From assembly GCA_963841735.1 (NCBI GenBank), contig CAWJDT010000001.1, positions 1,344,001 to 1,408,000 of the forward strand: a stretch of 64,000 bases of DNA, read 5' to 3'. A program made the translations under genes and the position numbers. Below the pieces are notes generated by a model. That model was not told where the DNA came from, did not search any database, and saw nothing but the letters and a program-made list of their open reading frames with translations. Below are positions 18,102-26,809 of this stretch, piece after piece. Numbering within the stretch: position 1 is the stretch's first letter; each line of letters opens with the position of its first letter. This DNA comes from an uncultured Actinomycetes bacterium (GTDB lineage: Bacteria > Actinomycetota > Thermoleophilia > RBG-16-64-13).

Positions 18102-18150
18102 GGTCAACACTTAGTCGCAACACCTTCGCTGACGCGCTGGGACGTTAGTG
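18102..18150 (+). repeat. Degenerate attC site 5
   Basis: Right arm GCTGACGCGCTGGGAC-GTTAGTG nearly matches attC2; left arm truncated (CAAC at 18105-08 and 18118-21). Confidence 0.55.
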
Positions 18151-18229
18151 TCGCCGGTCCGGCCCCAGGAATGAGTACAGGTCGTGCGTCAGGAACTGCA
18201 CCCGGTCTTCTCCGCCTGATGCGGGCAGA

Positions 18230-20779
18230 CTACGGGTTGCCGCTTGTCCAGGCAGCAGCGTGCGGGTTCTCGCCCTCCCGACGCGACCATCCGACTGCGA
18301 CTAGGCGGTCGCCGATGCCGACGACGTCGGAGACTATGCCGTAGAGAGCCAAGTGGTCGTTGGCCCCGCCTGCCTGGGGAAGCGGTTCCCACCGGGCCCA
18401 GAAGGCAAGGTCCGCGGTAGACCACACGGCCGGGTGATCGTGACCGGCCCTGGGGATTGCGCCGCTCACGAACAGGCGGGAGCCGATGACCGAGAGACCC
18501 GCCACTTCCCCTTCCTCGCCGGCGGCCTCGAGGGCGGAGACGGCGTCGAAGGCAATGAGGGCCCAAGATCGGAGGTCCGCAGTCACCAGCACCACCGGCG
18601 ACCAGGTGCCGTTGGTGACCCTGTCGCCGACGATCACCAAGCGGTCGTCGAATGTGATGGGGTGGGTGCTAACCCGGAAGCCGGCGAACGCGGGGTCATC
18701 CGGCAGGCGGGTCCAACCCTGCCCGTCTGGGGAGGCCCACAGCGAGAGAGACCCGGTCTTGGCGTCGGTGCGCACAAGAACGAGTTGTCCTGCCACTTCG
18801 AGGATGCCGCCCACAGGGTCGCTCCCCGGTGGTTGGGCGACGGCGGTATCGGTCCAAGTCCGGCCATCCGCGGAGGTCCACAGTGCCGGCGTGGTGAAGT
18901 CGGAGAACCCGTACGCGTACAACTGCCCGCGACCCTGCCAGATACCCTGAATGTCACCTCTGGTCGCACTCGGTACGACCGCCTTCTGCCACGAAGACAG
19001 GTCCGTAGACCACCAGATGGCTCCGCGCAAGTCCCACCCTGTCGTGATGATGGTGCCGTTGAAAGAGGCTACGCTCTCAAGGCCGATGACGACGCCCCGG
19101 GGGGGCACGGGGGCGGCGCGGCGGGACCAGATGCTCCCATCCACCGACGTCCACACGAATGCTTCCGTCGCCGCGGAGGACTGAGTGGAGTTGCTCCCGA
19201 CTGCGACGATCCCGTTCTCACCGGCGACCGCGCTCGCGATCCAACTGAAGTCGGGCGCCTCGAACCGGGGGGCTTCACGCCAGGTACCCGTGGGCGTGAC
19301 ATCGGCTCTTGGAGAGGCGACCCAGATCGCCCCGTCCCCAGCGCCGTACGTTCCCTGCTCGCCGACCACGATGAGGGTCCCGTTCTGGGCGAGAGCGTGG
19401 TGAGGATACTGAGGACCGGGGAGCGCCCCCACTGCTCCCTGATGCCAGGTGGACCCGTCTTTGGATTCCCACACTATGAGATCCGGATCGGTGGGCGCCC
19501 CGGTGCGGCCCACGACGACAAGGGTCCCGGCGCTCTCCACGACCGTATCCATCACGGTCCATGGACCCCGTCCGGCGAAGTTGGCGTGCAGCATGCTGGG
19601 GGTGTACTCGGTCTCGTTGCCCAATCGGATCCAGCTCTCGCCGTCGGCGGAGGTCCACACTGCCGCGACCGACGTGCCGGCTGTGGTCTGATCGGCGCCT
19701 ACAGCTACAAACCCGGGACTCCCCGCGGCGATATCCCAGGCGAACACCCTGGCATCGGCATTGGCCGGGTTGAAGTCGCTGACCGCGGTGGTGAGATTGA
19801 CGTGGTCTACCCGGGTGAACCCGCTGCCGACCGCGCCGCGCCAGATGCCGGCATTCGGACGATCCTCGCCTGTAGCGACCATCACACCATCGGAAACCGC
19901 GACGCCCAACATCTGCTGGACCCCGGGTTCGGCGATCGTACCCGCCACCCAGAGGGAACCGTCGGAACTAGTCCACCACGCAGAATCGATGTCGCCGTTG
20001 TTGTTTACCAACCCGACGGCTACATATCCGCCTGGGTACGCCACCAGATCGGAAATCTGCTGAGCTCCGGCCGGAAGGATGCCGTCCGGGGCGGGCTGGC
20101 GGACCCAGGTGATGCCGTCGTCCGAGGTCCATGCCGCGAACACAGGCGGGTCGGTCAGGCTCCGGCCTACCCCCACCAGAGTCCCGTCGGGTGCCGACAC
20201 CACATGGAGCAGATGCGCCCCCTCCAGACCAAGGGCAGGCTCCGGGGTCCACGACACGCCATCGGGGCTCATCCACACCGTCGCCTGAGCCGAGATGCCG
20301 ACCGCGACATAGCCTTCACCGAGCGCGGCAACGTCCCACAGACTTTGACCACCCTCGCCACCGAGACCCGCGTCGGCGACCGTGTGCCAAGCTGCCCCCG
20401 ATACCGTCACCGGCCCCGGTAGCGGGACCGTCGTGACAGGCGCGGATGTCGAGGGTGGGGTGGTGCTCGAGGTCGAAGACGACACCGCACCCGACGTCTG
20501 AAGAGTCGACGATGTCACCGGCAGCGTCGCCGCTGCTCCGTCGTCTTTTCCTCCGCGGGTGAGCATGAACACGATCGCCACGGCAGCGGCAGCCAGAACC
20601 ACCACGACTATAAGGGTCACCCACAACCCCACATGAGACCGAACTGGGGGCGGAGGTAGCGGCTGCCCCTGTATCGGTACCCTTCCGGGAGCGCCGCACA
20701 CCTTGCAGAACCGGTCGCCCGCCGAAATGGGATGTCCGTTCACACAAAACACTGCCGTCCCCTTTGGTCGCTCCACCAT
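18230..20779 (-). CDS. Zinc-ribbon + single TM + Ser/Thr linker + WxSxDG-repeat extracellular protein
   Basis: FCVNGH...FCKVCG, Pro-rich stretch, TM helix, then many W-x-S-x-D-G-x-x-W (Asp-box-like) repeats. Confidence 0.75.
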   Translation of the reverse strand: MVERPKGTAVFCVNGHPISAGDRFCKVCGAPGRVPIQGQPLPPPPVRSHVGLWVTLIVVVVLAAAAVAIVFMLTRGGKDDGAAATLPVTSSTLQTSGAVSSSTSSTTPPSTSAPVTTVPLPGPVTVSGAAWHTVADAGLGGEGGQSLWDVAALGEGYVAVGISAQATVWMSPDGVSWTPEPALGLEGAHLLHVVSAPDGTLVGVGRSLTDPPVFAAWTSDDGITWVRQPAPDGILPAGAQQISDLVAYPGGYVAVGLVNNNGDIDSAWWTSSDGSLWVAGTIAEPGVQQMLGVAVSDGVMVATGEDRPNAGIWRGAVGSGFTRVDHVNLTTAVSDFNPANADARVFAWDIAAGSPGFVAVGADQTTAGTSVAAVWTSADGESWIRLGNETEYTPSMLHANFAGRGPWTVMDTVVESAGTLVVVGRTGAPTDPDLIVWESKDGSTWHQGAVGALPGPQYPHHALAQNGTLIVVGEQGTYGAGDGAIWVASPRADVTPTGTWREAPRFEAPDFSWIASAVAGENGIVAVGSNSTQSSAATEAFVWTSVDGSIWSRRAAPVPPRGVVIGLESVASFNGTIITTGWDLRGAIWWSTDLSSWQKAVVPSATRGDIQGIWQGRGQLYAYGFSDFTTPALWTSADGRTWTDTAVAQPPGSDPVGGILEVAGQLVLVRTDAKTGSLSLWASPDGQGWTRLPDDPAFAGFRVSTHPITFDDRLVIVGDRVTNGTWSPVVLVTADLRSWALIAFDAVSALEAAGEEGEVAGLSVIGSRLFVSGAIPRAGHDHPAVWSTADLAFWARWEPLPQAGGANDHLALYGIVSDVVGIGDRLVAVGWSRREGENPHAAAWTSGNP

Positions 20780-20986
20780 GGATCAGCCAAGGTGGGGTTC
20801 TCTAAGGGTACAGCAATGCTTGAACGCGCGGGGGGATGCTGGATGGAGTCCGAATACTGTGAACTGAGTTCTGCTCGCTGCAGCGCGGACACTTCAGCAA
20901 TCTCCAGACGCCTTATGAGCTTCGGGTCTAGCAGGAAGATACAGGCCGCGGGCAAGTCGCCGAAGCCTCTCAGAAACCTTCAGCGA

Positions 20987-21157
20987 CTACAGCTTCTTGG
21001 CGACTGACCCCACCAGCATCAAGGCAAGGCCGGCAATGGCAAACCAGAACGCGTATTGGGCCAAGCCGCCAATGATGTCATAGTGACCGAGCAAGGCAAG
21101 AACACCAAGAACCACAGCGATCACCCAGGTTACGTACTTCACAGACCTGACCTTCAT
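20987..21157 (-). CDS. Small two-TM membrane protein
   Basis: 56 aa MKVRSVKYVTW...; two hydrophobic helices; AAGGGGA RBS. Confidence 0.6.
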   Translation of the reverse strand: MKVRSVKYVTWVIAVVLGVLALLGHYDIIGGLAQYAFWFAIAGLALMLVGSVAKKL

Positions 21158-21209
21158 CTTCGTATCCCCTTCCAGGTGGACATTTGTCGAGCGAGATTCC
21201 CAGACACCT

Positions 21210-21356
21210 AGCTGCGATGCTGCCGACCCCCCCAACGGCCACTCCGAAGCTGCGCCGGTCTCATCCGGTCACGCCGGCCTCTCCGAACTGGTTCATGATG
21301 AACCTGGCTACCAAGCCCGCCAAGCCACCGAAAACGATCCAGGCCAAAATCCCCAT
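21210..21356 (-). pseudogene. GlsB/YeaQ/YmgE (transglycosylase-associated) family remnant
   Basis: MGILAWIVFGGLAGLVARFIM joined directly to NQFGEAGVTG*DRRSFGVAV: middle helix missing and in-frame TGA at 21261-63. Confidence 0.65.
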
Positions 21357-21467
21357 ATCGGAGTGTTTTCTGTCTGTCTCTCTTACTTTCTCTGGCTATA
21401 CCATTAAAAGAACAGCAATAAACCTCCGCCGGTCGACGGGTCTGATCCTAGGTGGGGCTGTCAGACA

Positions 21468-22397
21468 CTACCTGACCTTTTCGGGAGGGTCGCCGGAAGC
21501 CTCGGACTCCGTCTCGGCTGGTTCGACGTGCACCACCACGTCTGCGAGTTCTGGGAAGCGCGCACGTAGCGCGGCCTCGACGTCATGCGCGAGGCCATGT
21601 CCGTGCTCGACGGTGGTGTCGGGATCCACCAGCACGTGAAGGTCCGCCGAGATGGAGGTCTCGGGGCCGCGCGTGCGGACTTCGTGACACCCAGCTACGC
21701 CTTCGATGCTCAGGCCGATTGCGATCACTTCTTCCACCGGAAGCCGCGCGGCGTCGCTGAGTGTGCGTCCGACTCCCCTGAGGATGGTGAGAGCGGTGTA
21801 GGCGATTGCCACCGCCACCAGCAGCGCCAGCACGCCGTCGGCCTTCTCGAACCCGACCTTGACCAAGATGAGGCTCACGATCACGCCGGAACTCACCAGC
21901 ACGTCGCTGAGGGTGTGGCGGGCGTCGGCCTTGAGCACCTCGCTGCCCAGCCTTCGGCCTTCCCGGGCCTCCCAGGTGGTCACCCCGAGGTTCACAGCGA
22001 GCGTGATCGCCATCACCACGAACGAGCCGATGCCCACTCGGGCGTCGCCCTCCCCCTGAAGGCTGTTGATAGCGCCTCGAGCAACGGTGTAGCCGGCGAT
22101 TCCCAACATCGCCGCGATGGCGGCGGCGGTGAAGGTCTCGAATTTGCCGTGCCCGTAGGGGTGACTCTTGTCGGCCGGCCGGGCGGCGAACCACATGCCG
22201 ATGAGCCCGACGATGTTCGAGGCCCCGTCAAAGAAAGAGTGGATGCCGTCTGCCTGCATTGCCATCGAGTGGCTGAAAAGTCCGTACAAGAGCTTGGCCA
22301 CGGCCACGGCGATGTTGAGGGCAAGAACGACCCACAGCACGCGGCGGATATCGCGCTCGCGACCTTTTGGCCCGGCAGGCTTCTCCGCGGCGCTCAT
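21468..22397 (-). CDS. Cation diffusion facilitator (FieF-like) metal transporter
   Basis: ADGIHSFFD, HPYGHGKFE, ADARHTLSD, HEVRTR, DVVVHVEP. Confidence 0.92.
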   Translation of the reverse strand: MSAAEKPAGPKGRERDIRRVLWVVLALNIAVAVAKLLYGLFSHSMAMQADGIHSFFDGASNIVGLIGMWFAARPADKSHPYGHGKFETFTAAAIAAMLGIAGYTVARGAINSLQGEGDARVGIGSFVVMAITLAVNLGVTTWEAREGRRLGSEVLKADARHTLSDVLVSSGVIVSLILVKVGFEKADGVLALLVAVAIAYTALTILRGVGRTLSDAARLPVEEVIAIGLSIEGVAGCHEVRTRGPETSISADLHVLVDPDTTVEHGHGLAHDVEAALRARFPELADVVVHVEPAETESEASGDPPEKVR

Positions 22398-22398
22398 G

Positions 22399-22827
22399 CT
22401 AGATGTTGTAGACCTCACGCCCCAAAGTCTTGACCCAGTTCTGGGCCAGGATCTTCTGGGCCTCTTCGGTGCGGTCCACTCCCAGGATGACGATAGCGGC
22501 GTTGTCCATGCGGCCCAGGTGTGGATAGAGGTAGTGGACGTTTACGCCGCCGGCCCTGAGAGGCTTCAGCATGGCGTTCATGCCACCGGGATGGTCGGGG
22601 GTCACGACGGCGAGCACGTCGGTCTCCTTGGGATGGTACCCGTTGCCGGTGAGGATGTTCTTCGCCTTCTCGGGATCGTCCACCACAAAACGCACGGTGC
22701 TGATGTCGGAGGTGTCGGCCACCGAGATGGCTCGGATGTTTACGCCTTCTCGCCCCAGGACCTCGCTGACGGTGGAGAGGCTGCCGGGGCTGTTGTCGAG
22801 GCTGACAGAAAGCTGCTTAATGACCAT
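22399..22827 (-). CDS. Tandem ACT-domain protein
   Basis: IKQLSV.LDN.PG.L, GVNIRAISVAD, PDHPGG, GVNVHYLY. Confidence 0.88.
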   Translation of the reverse strand: MVIKQLSVSLDNSPGSLSTVSEVLGREGVNIRAISVADTSDISTVRFVVDDPEKAKNILTGNGYHPKETDVLAVVTPDHPGGMNAMLKPLRAGGVNVHYLYPHLGRMDNAAIVILGVDRTEEAQKILAQNWVKTLGREVYNI

Positions 22828-23371
22828 AAGCCCTGTCCTTTGCGTAGTTGTAGCCCACCGCGAGGGCTTCGCGGTTGAGTTTGAGGAGCTTCGCCTTACC
22901 TTCGCCGAGTATTCCGGTGAGGTTCTCCAGCATGGCGTCGTACGAGATCACGCCGCTTGCCCTAAGGAGCCCCCCAAGCATGACCATGTTGGCCACTTTG
23001 ATGGTTCCCAGGCCCTCGGCCAACTCGCTGGTGGGAATGGCCAAGATCTCGATGTCGCTGCGGGCCGACTCGGTGTTGACCAGTGAGGAGTTGGCGCATA
23101 GCAGGCCACCGGCTTGGAGGATGCTCTGAAACCGGGCGAACGACGGTTGATTCATGGCCACCAGGAATTCGGGCTCGGAGGCTACCGGAGAGGCTATCTC
23201 CTCGTCGGAGACCACCACGGTGCAGTTGGCGGTGCCGCCCCGCACTTCGACGCCGTAGGTGGGCAGGTAGGTGACGTACTTGTTCTCGAGCATGGCAGCG
23301 GTGGCCAAAGTGGTGCCCATGGACAGGACGCCCTGGCCTCCGAATCCGGAGAATATGGTGCTTATGAGCAT
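22817..23371 (-). CDS. 2-oxoacid:ferredoxin oxidoreductase gamma subunit
   Basis: SGFGGQGVL, YGVEVRGGTANC, ANMVMLG. Confidence 0.9.
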   Translation of the reverse strand: MLISTIFSGFGGQGVLSMGTTLATAAMLENKYVTYLPTYGVEVRGGTANCTVVVSDEEIASPVASEPEFLVAMNQPSFARFQSILQAGGLLCANSSLVNTESARSDIEILAIPTSELAEGLGTIKVANMVMLGGLLRASGVISYDAMLENLTGILGEGKAKLLKLNREALAVGYNYAKDRAYGH

Positions 23372-24105
23372 GGCAGGTCCTTGATGACGCCCAGCGGGAA
23401 CTGCTTGGTCATGACCTCATCGATCCACTTGCAGGCCTCCAGGGGGCCCATCTTCCAGTTGACGGGGCACGGGGAGAGGATCTCGACGAGGGAGAAGCCG
23501 CGCCCGTCGAGCTGGCGCTGGAAAGCCTTGGCGATGGCCTTCTTGGTCTTCACCACCGCCGCCGGTTTGTTCACAGCCACGCGCTCCAGATAGGAGGTGC
23601 CGTCGAGCATGGCGAACACTTCGCAGACCCGAACGGGATGGCCGGCGAGGATGGGGTCTCGCCCGGCCGGCGTGGTGGTGGTCACCTGGTCGAGCAGGGT
23701 GGTCGGCGCCATCTGGCCGCCTGTCATGCCGTACACGCCGTTGTTGACGAAGATCACCGTGATGTTCTCGCCCCGGTTGGCGGCGTGAAAGCCCTCGGCG
23801 GTGCCGATGGCGGCCAGGTCGCCGTCACCCTGATACGAGAAGATCAGGTTGTCGGGCTGCACCCGCTTGATGCCCGTGGCGACGGCGGCTCCGCGGCCGT
23901 GGGCCGACTCGAGCACGTCGATCTCGAAGTAGTTGTAGAGCAACATGCCGCATCCGGCGGGAGCGACGCACACCGCCTTGCCCTGCAGGTCCATCTCCTC
24001 GATGACTTCCATCAGCAACCGGTTGATGATGCCGTGACCGCAGCCGGGGCAGTAGTGAAAGTGCGCTTCCTTCAGAAGCTTCGGCCTCTGGTAGACGGTG
24101 CTCAT
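23362..24105 (-). CDS. 2-oxoacid:ferredoxin oxidoreductase beta (TPP-binding) subunit, Vor-like
   Basis: HYCPGCGHG, YQGDGDLAAIG, NNGVYGMTGGQMAPTT, SPCPVNW. Confidence 0.9.
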   Translation of the reverse strand: MSTVYQRPKLLKEAHFHYCPGCGHGIINRLLMEVIEEMDLQGKAVCVAPAGCGMLLYNYFEIDVLESAHGRGAAVATGIKRVQPDNLIFSYQGDGDLAAIGTAEGFHAANRGENITVIFVNNGVYGMTGGQMAPTTLLDQVTTTTPAGRDPILAGHPVRVCEVFAMLDGTSYLERVAVNKPAAVVKTKKAIAKAFQRQLDGRGFSLVEILSPCPVNWKMGPLEACKWIDEVMTKQFPLGVIKDLPCS

Positions 24106-25181
24106 GGCTTCTTCCTCTTGCCGGTCGACTGCGCCTGGTAGTAGTGGCGCGAGATGATGCGGAAGAGTTCGATGGGCATGGGGGTGACGCCTCCGGGTCG
24201 GCCGTAGAAGTGCACGTTGCCTTTGCCCTCCAGGGCCAGCTTGACATCGTCCACCATCTGGCCGGTGCTCATCTCAAAGACAAAGAAGTCGTCCACCGTC
24301 TTGGCCATTTCCTGCAGGGCCTCAGTGGGGAAGGGCCAGAGGGTGATGGGCCGCAACAGGCCGACCTTGAGGCCCTCTTGGCGCAGCCGCTTGACGGCAC
24401 CCTTGGCGATACGGGCGCCGATGCCGTAGGCGACCACCACCATCTCGGCGTCATCGGTGAGGAAGGTCTCGAACCGGACCTCGTTCTGCTCCATGAGCTG
24501 GAACTTTCGGAAGAGCTTCCAGTTGTGCTCCTCCTGAAGTCTGGTGTCGAATATCAACGAATGCACCTTGCGGGCCGGCCGGTCTTTGGCTCCGTCGAGC
24601 ACGTACTCCTTCGCATAGTCAGGAGGGCGGACGAGACCTTCGAAATCTATAGGCTCCATCATCTGGCCCAACATGCCGTCGCCCAGGATGACCACGGGGT
24701 TGCGGTACTTGTCGGCCAGGTCGAAGGCTAGGGGCACGATCTCGGTAAGTTCCTGCACCGAGCCGGGAGCGAGGACCACGGTCTTGTAGTCGCCATGGCC
24801 GCCGCCTCGGGTAGCCTGAGAGTAGTCTGACTGGGAGGGGGCGATGTTGCCCATGCCGGGGCCGCCCCGCATGATGTTGACGATGACGGCCGGAAGCTCG
24901 TCGGCGGCTAGATACGAGATGCCTTCTTGCTTGAGGCTGATGCCGGGCCCGCTGGAGGAAGTCATGGCTCGTGCTCCCGACACGGCCGCTCCGAGCACCA
25001 TGTTGATGGCGGCGATCTCGCTCTCCGACTGGATGAAGACGCCGCCGACCTCGGCCATGCGCTTGGCCATATACTCAGTGAGTTCGTTCTGCGGGGTGAT
25101 GGGATAGCCGAAGTAGCAGTTGCATCCGGAGAGCACTGCCGCCTCCCCAAGGGCGGCGTTGCCGCTCATGAGGCGCTTCAC
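24102..25181 (-). CDS. vorB: 2-oxoisovalerate-type oxidoreductase alpha subunit
   Basis: GTG start; GYPITPQNE, ESEIAAINM, TSSSGPGISLKQEG, GGGHGDY, RPITLWPFP. Confidence 0.85.
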   Translation of the reverse strand: MKRLMSGNAALGEAAVLSGCNCYFGYPITPQNELTEYMAKRMAEVGGVFIQSESEIAAINMVLGAAVSGARAMTSSSGPGISLKQEGISYLAADELPAVIVNIMRGGPGMGNIAPSQSDYSQATRGGGHGDYKTVVLAPGSVQELTEIVPLAFDLADKYRNPVVILGDGMLGQMMEPIDFEGLVRPPDYAKEYVLDGAKDRPARKVHSLIFDTRLQEEHNWKLFRKFQLMEQNEVRFETFLTDDAEMVVVAYGIGARIAKGAVKRLRQEGLKVGLLRPITLWPFPTEALQEMAKTVDDFFVFEMSTGQMVDDVKLALEGKGNVHFYGRPGGVTPMPIELFRIISRHYYQAQSTGKRKKP

Positions 25182-25411
25182 AGCTTGTTCACTTCGATGG
25201 CGACATCCGGGCACATGAGTGCACAGGTGCCGCAGCCGTTGCATCCGGCTCCGTCGTCGGACGAGGTGCTGAACGCAGCTACGTAGTAGCCCTTGAGGTT
25301 GAGCTCCTCCGACAGCGAGATGCTGTCCCTGGGACAGAAGTCGATGCACAGGCCGCAGCCCTTGCAGCGCTCCTTGTCGATTTGAACGTCGCCTCTCAAC
25401 TCACCTCTCAA
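25178..25411 (-). CDS. 2x[4Fe-4S] ferredoxin (delta) subunit
   Basis: CKGCGLCIDFCP and CNGCGTCALMCPD motifs. Confidence 0.9.
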   Translation of the reverse strand: MRGELRGDVQIDKERCKGCGLCIDFCPRDSISLSEELNLKGYYVAAFSTSSDDGAGCNGCGTCALMCPDVAIEVNKL

Positions 25412-26691
25412 TGATCCACGTCTAGCGTCCTATTCAAGGATGCCATATCGGCGGCGATCCTCGCCGGGCATTTCTGCGTCGCGGGGTTGAGCCGCAGCGT
25501 CACGAAGAAGGCCACCACTGCCACCCCGCAGGCGGCGAAGAAGGGAATCCGGTAGCCGACGTAGTTGAGGACAAACCCGGCCGCCACCGGCACCACCACC
25601 GCGGTGGCGTGGGAGAGGGCTTGTCCCATGGCCAGACTCGGCGCGAGGTCTTTGGGGGCACAGATCTTGCGCAGGTAGGTGGAGCAGCCTATGTACGACA
25701 CAGGCCCGATGATCGCGTAGATGCAGTAGAAGACGCAGGCCATGTACACATTGTTGGCGAGGGCATATCCCACGAGTGCCACGATGTAGGCGATGTTGAC
25801 CAGCGAAAGCGCGCGGCGCTCGCCGTAGCGGTCGATGGCCCGGCCTAGCCGGGGGGTGGTGATGATGCAGGTGAAGCCGATTATGAACATGACGATAGAT
25901 ATGTGCTGTACGTCCAGACCGAAGCGCTTGACCAACACCATGAGCCCGAAGGAAAAGAACACCTGCATCCTGGCTCCATCCAGTATGGAGATCAAGTAGT
26001 ACAGGTGATAGTGCCGGCTCCACACAAGACGCTGGCGCTCGGGGGCCACTTTGCACAACTCTCCCTCATGTAAATGGGGGAAGGGGAGTATCGCCAGTGC
26101 GGCCAACAGGGCTACTCCTCCCAAGATGATGAAGATCGGCCGGTAGGAGAGCCATTGAAATCTGAACAGCACAAAGACCATTGCCAGGGCGGCCATGTTG
26201 CCCATCTGCCCGAGGGCTCCCAAGCGGCCGAGGATGTTGCCGGTCCGCTCAACGGTGGTCAGACTCATGGCCAGGGAGGTCTGCGTCTGGAGGACCGTGT
26301 GCATCCCCAGGCTGGTCAACAGGACCCAGGGCACCACCGATCCGAAACCATCCGCCAGAGAGAAGAGCGCGTAGCCTACACCCACCACCGCCAGCGCGAC
26401 GGCGGTGAGTCTTTGGAGTGAGACGCGGTAGCACAACGCCATGACAAGGATGAGCACGAGCCCGCCGGTCTCCCGCAGGGCCGTGATATATCCGAATTGG
26501 GGCGCCGACATGTGGAGAATGTCGTTGAAGTAGTTGGTGACGATGTTGCTGTGCGCGCTTCCGGCGAAGCCGAAGGCGGCCGACATGACAGCGAGCATGA
26601 TAAAGCCACGGCCGGCCGGGGTTCGCCACATAGTGCGCAAAGGCAGTCCTTTCCTGAGCATTTGAAGTGAGGGGCTCCATCCTTCGGGCAT
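25408..26691 (-). CDS. MFS transporter
   Basis: About 12 hydrophobic segments, GRAIDRYGER loop motif; start uncertain (26691 chosen for RBS and upstream TACAAT). Confidence 0.85.
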   Translation of the reverse strand: MPEGWSPSLQMLRKGLPLRTMWRTPAGRGFIMLAVMSAAFGFAGSAHSNIVTNYFNDILHMSAPQFGYITALRETGGLVLILVMALCYRVSLQRLTAVALAVVGVGYALFSLADGFGSVVPWVLLTSLGMHTVLQTQTSLAMSLTTVERTGNILGRLGALGQMGNMAALAMVFVLFRFQWLSYRPIFIILGGVALLAALAILPFPHLHEGELCKVAPERQRLVWSRHYHLYYLISILDGARMQVFFSFGLMVLVKRFGLDVQHISIVMFIIGFTCIITTPRLGRAIDRYGERRALSLVNIAYIVALVGYALANNVYMACVFYCIYAIIGPVSYIGCSTYLRKICAPKDLAPSLAMGQALSHATAVVVPVAAGFVLNYVGYRIPFFAACGVAVVAFFVTLRLNPATQKCPARIAADMASLNRTLDVDH

Positions 26692-26809
26692 GGGGCGACC
26701 TTCTATAAAGATATATTGTAACGCATCGGATTGCGACAAAGCGACGAGTTCGCGCAACACTTCCAGCTACGTGCGGGCGGAGGTGCTGCGCCCGAGGAAG
26801 CGGAGCCGG

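Larger units (their letters stand above)
13722..18150 (+). mobile_element. Integron-type gene cassette array without integrase in the window (CALIN-like)
   Basis: Co-oriented short genes separated by attC sites; for cassettes 1-4 the starting GTTRRRY core is complementary to that cassette's own R'' box. Confidence 0.85.

Noticed and set aside
21261-21263. In-frame TGA codons (here and at 15976-78) as selenocysteine
   Set aside because: Not at Cys-equivalent positions and both genes show other lesions
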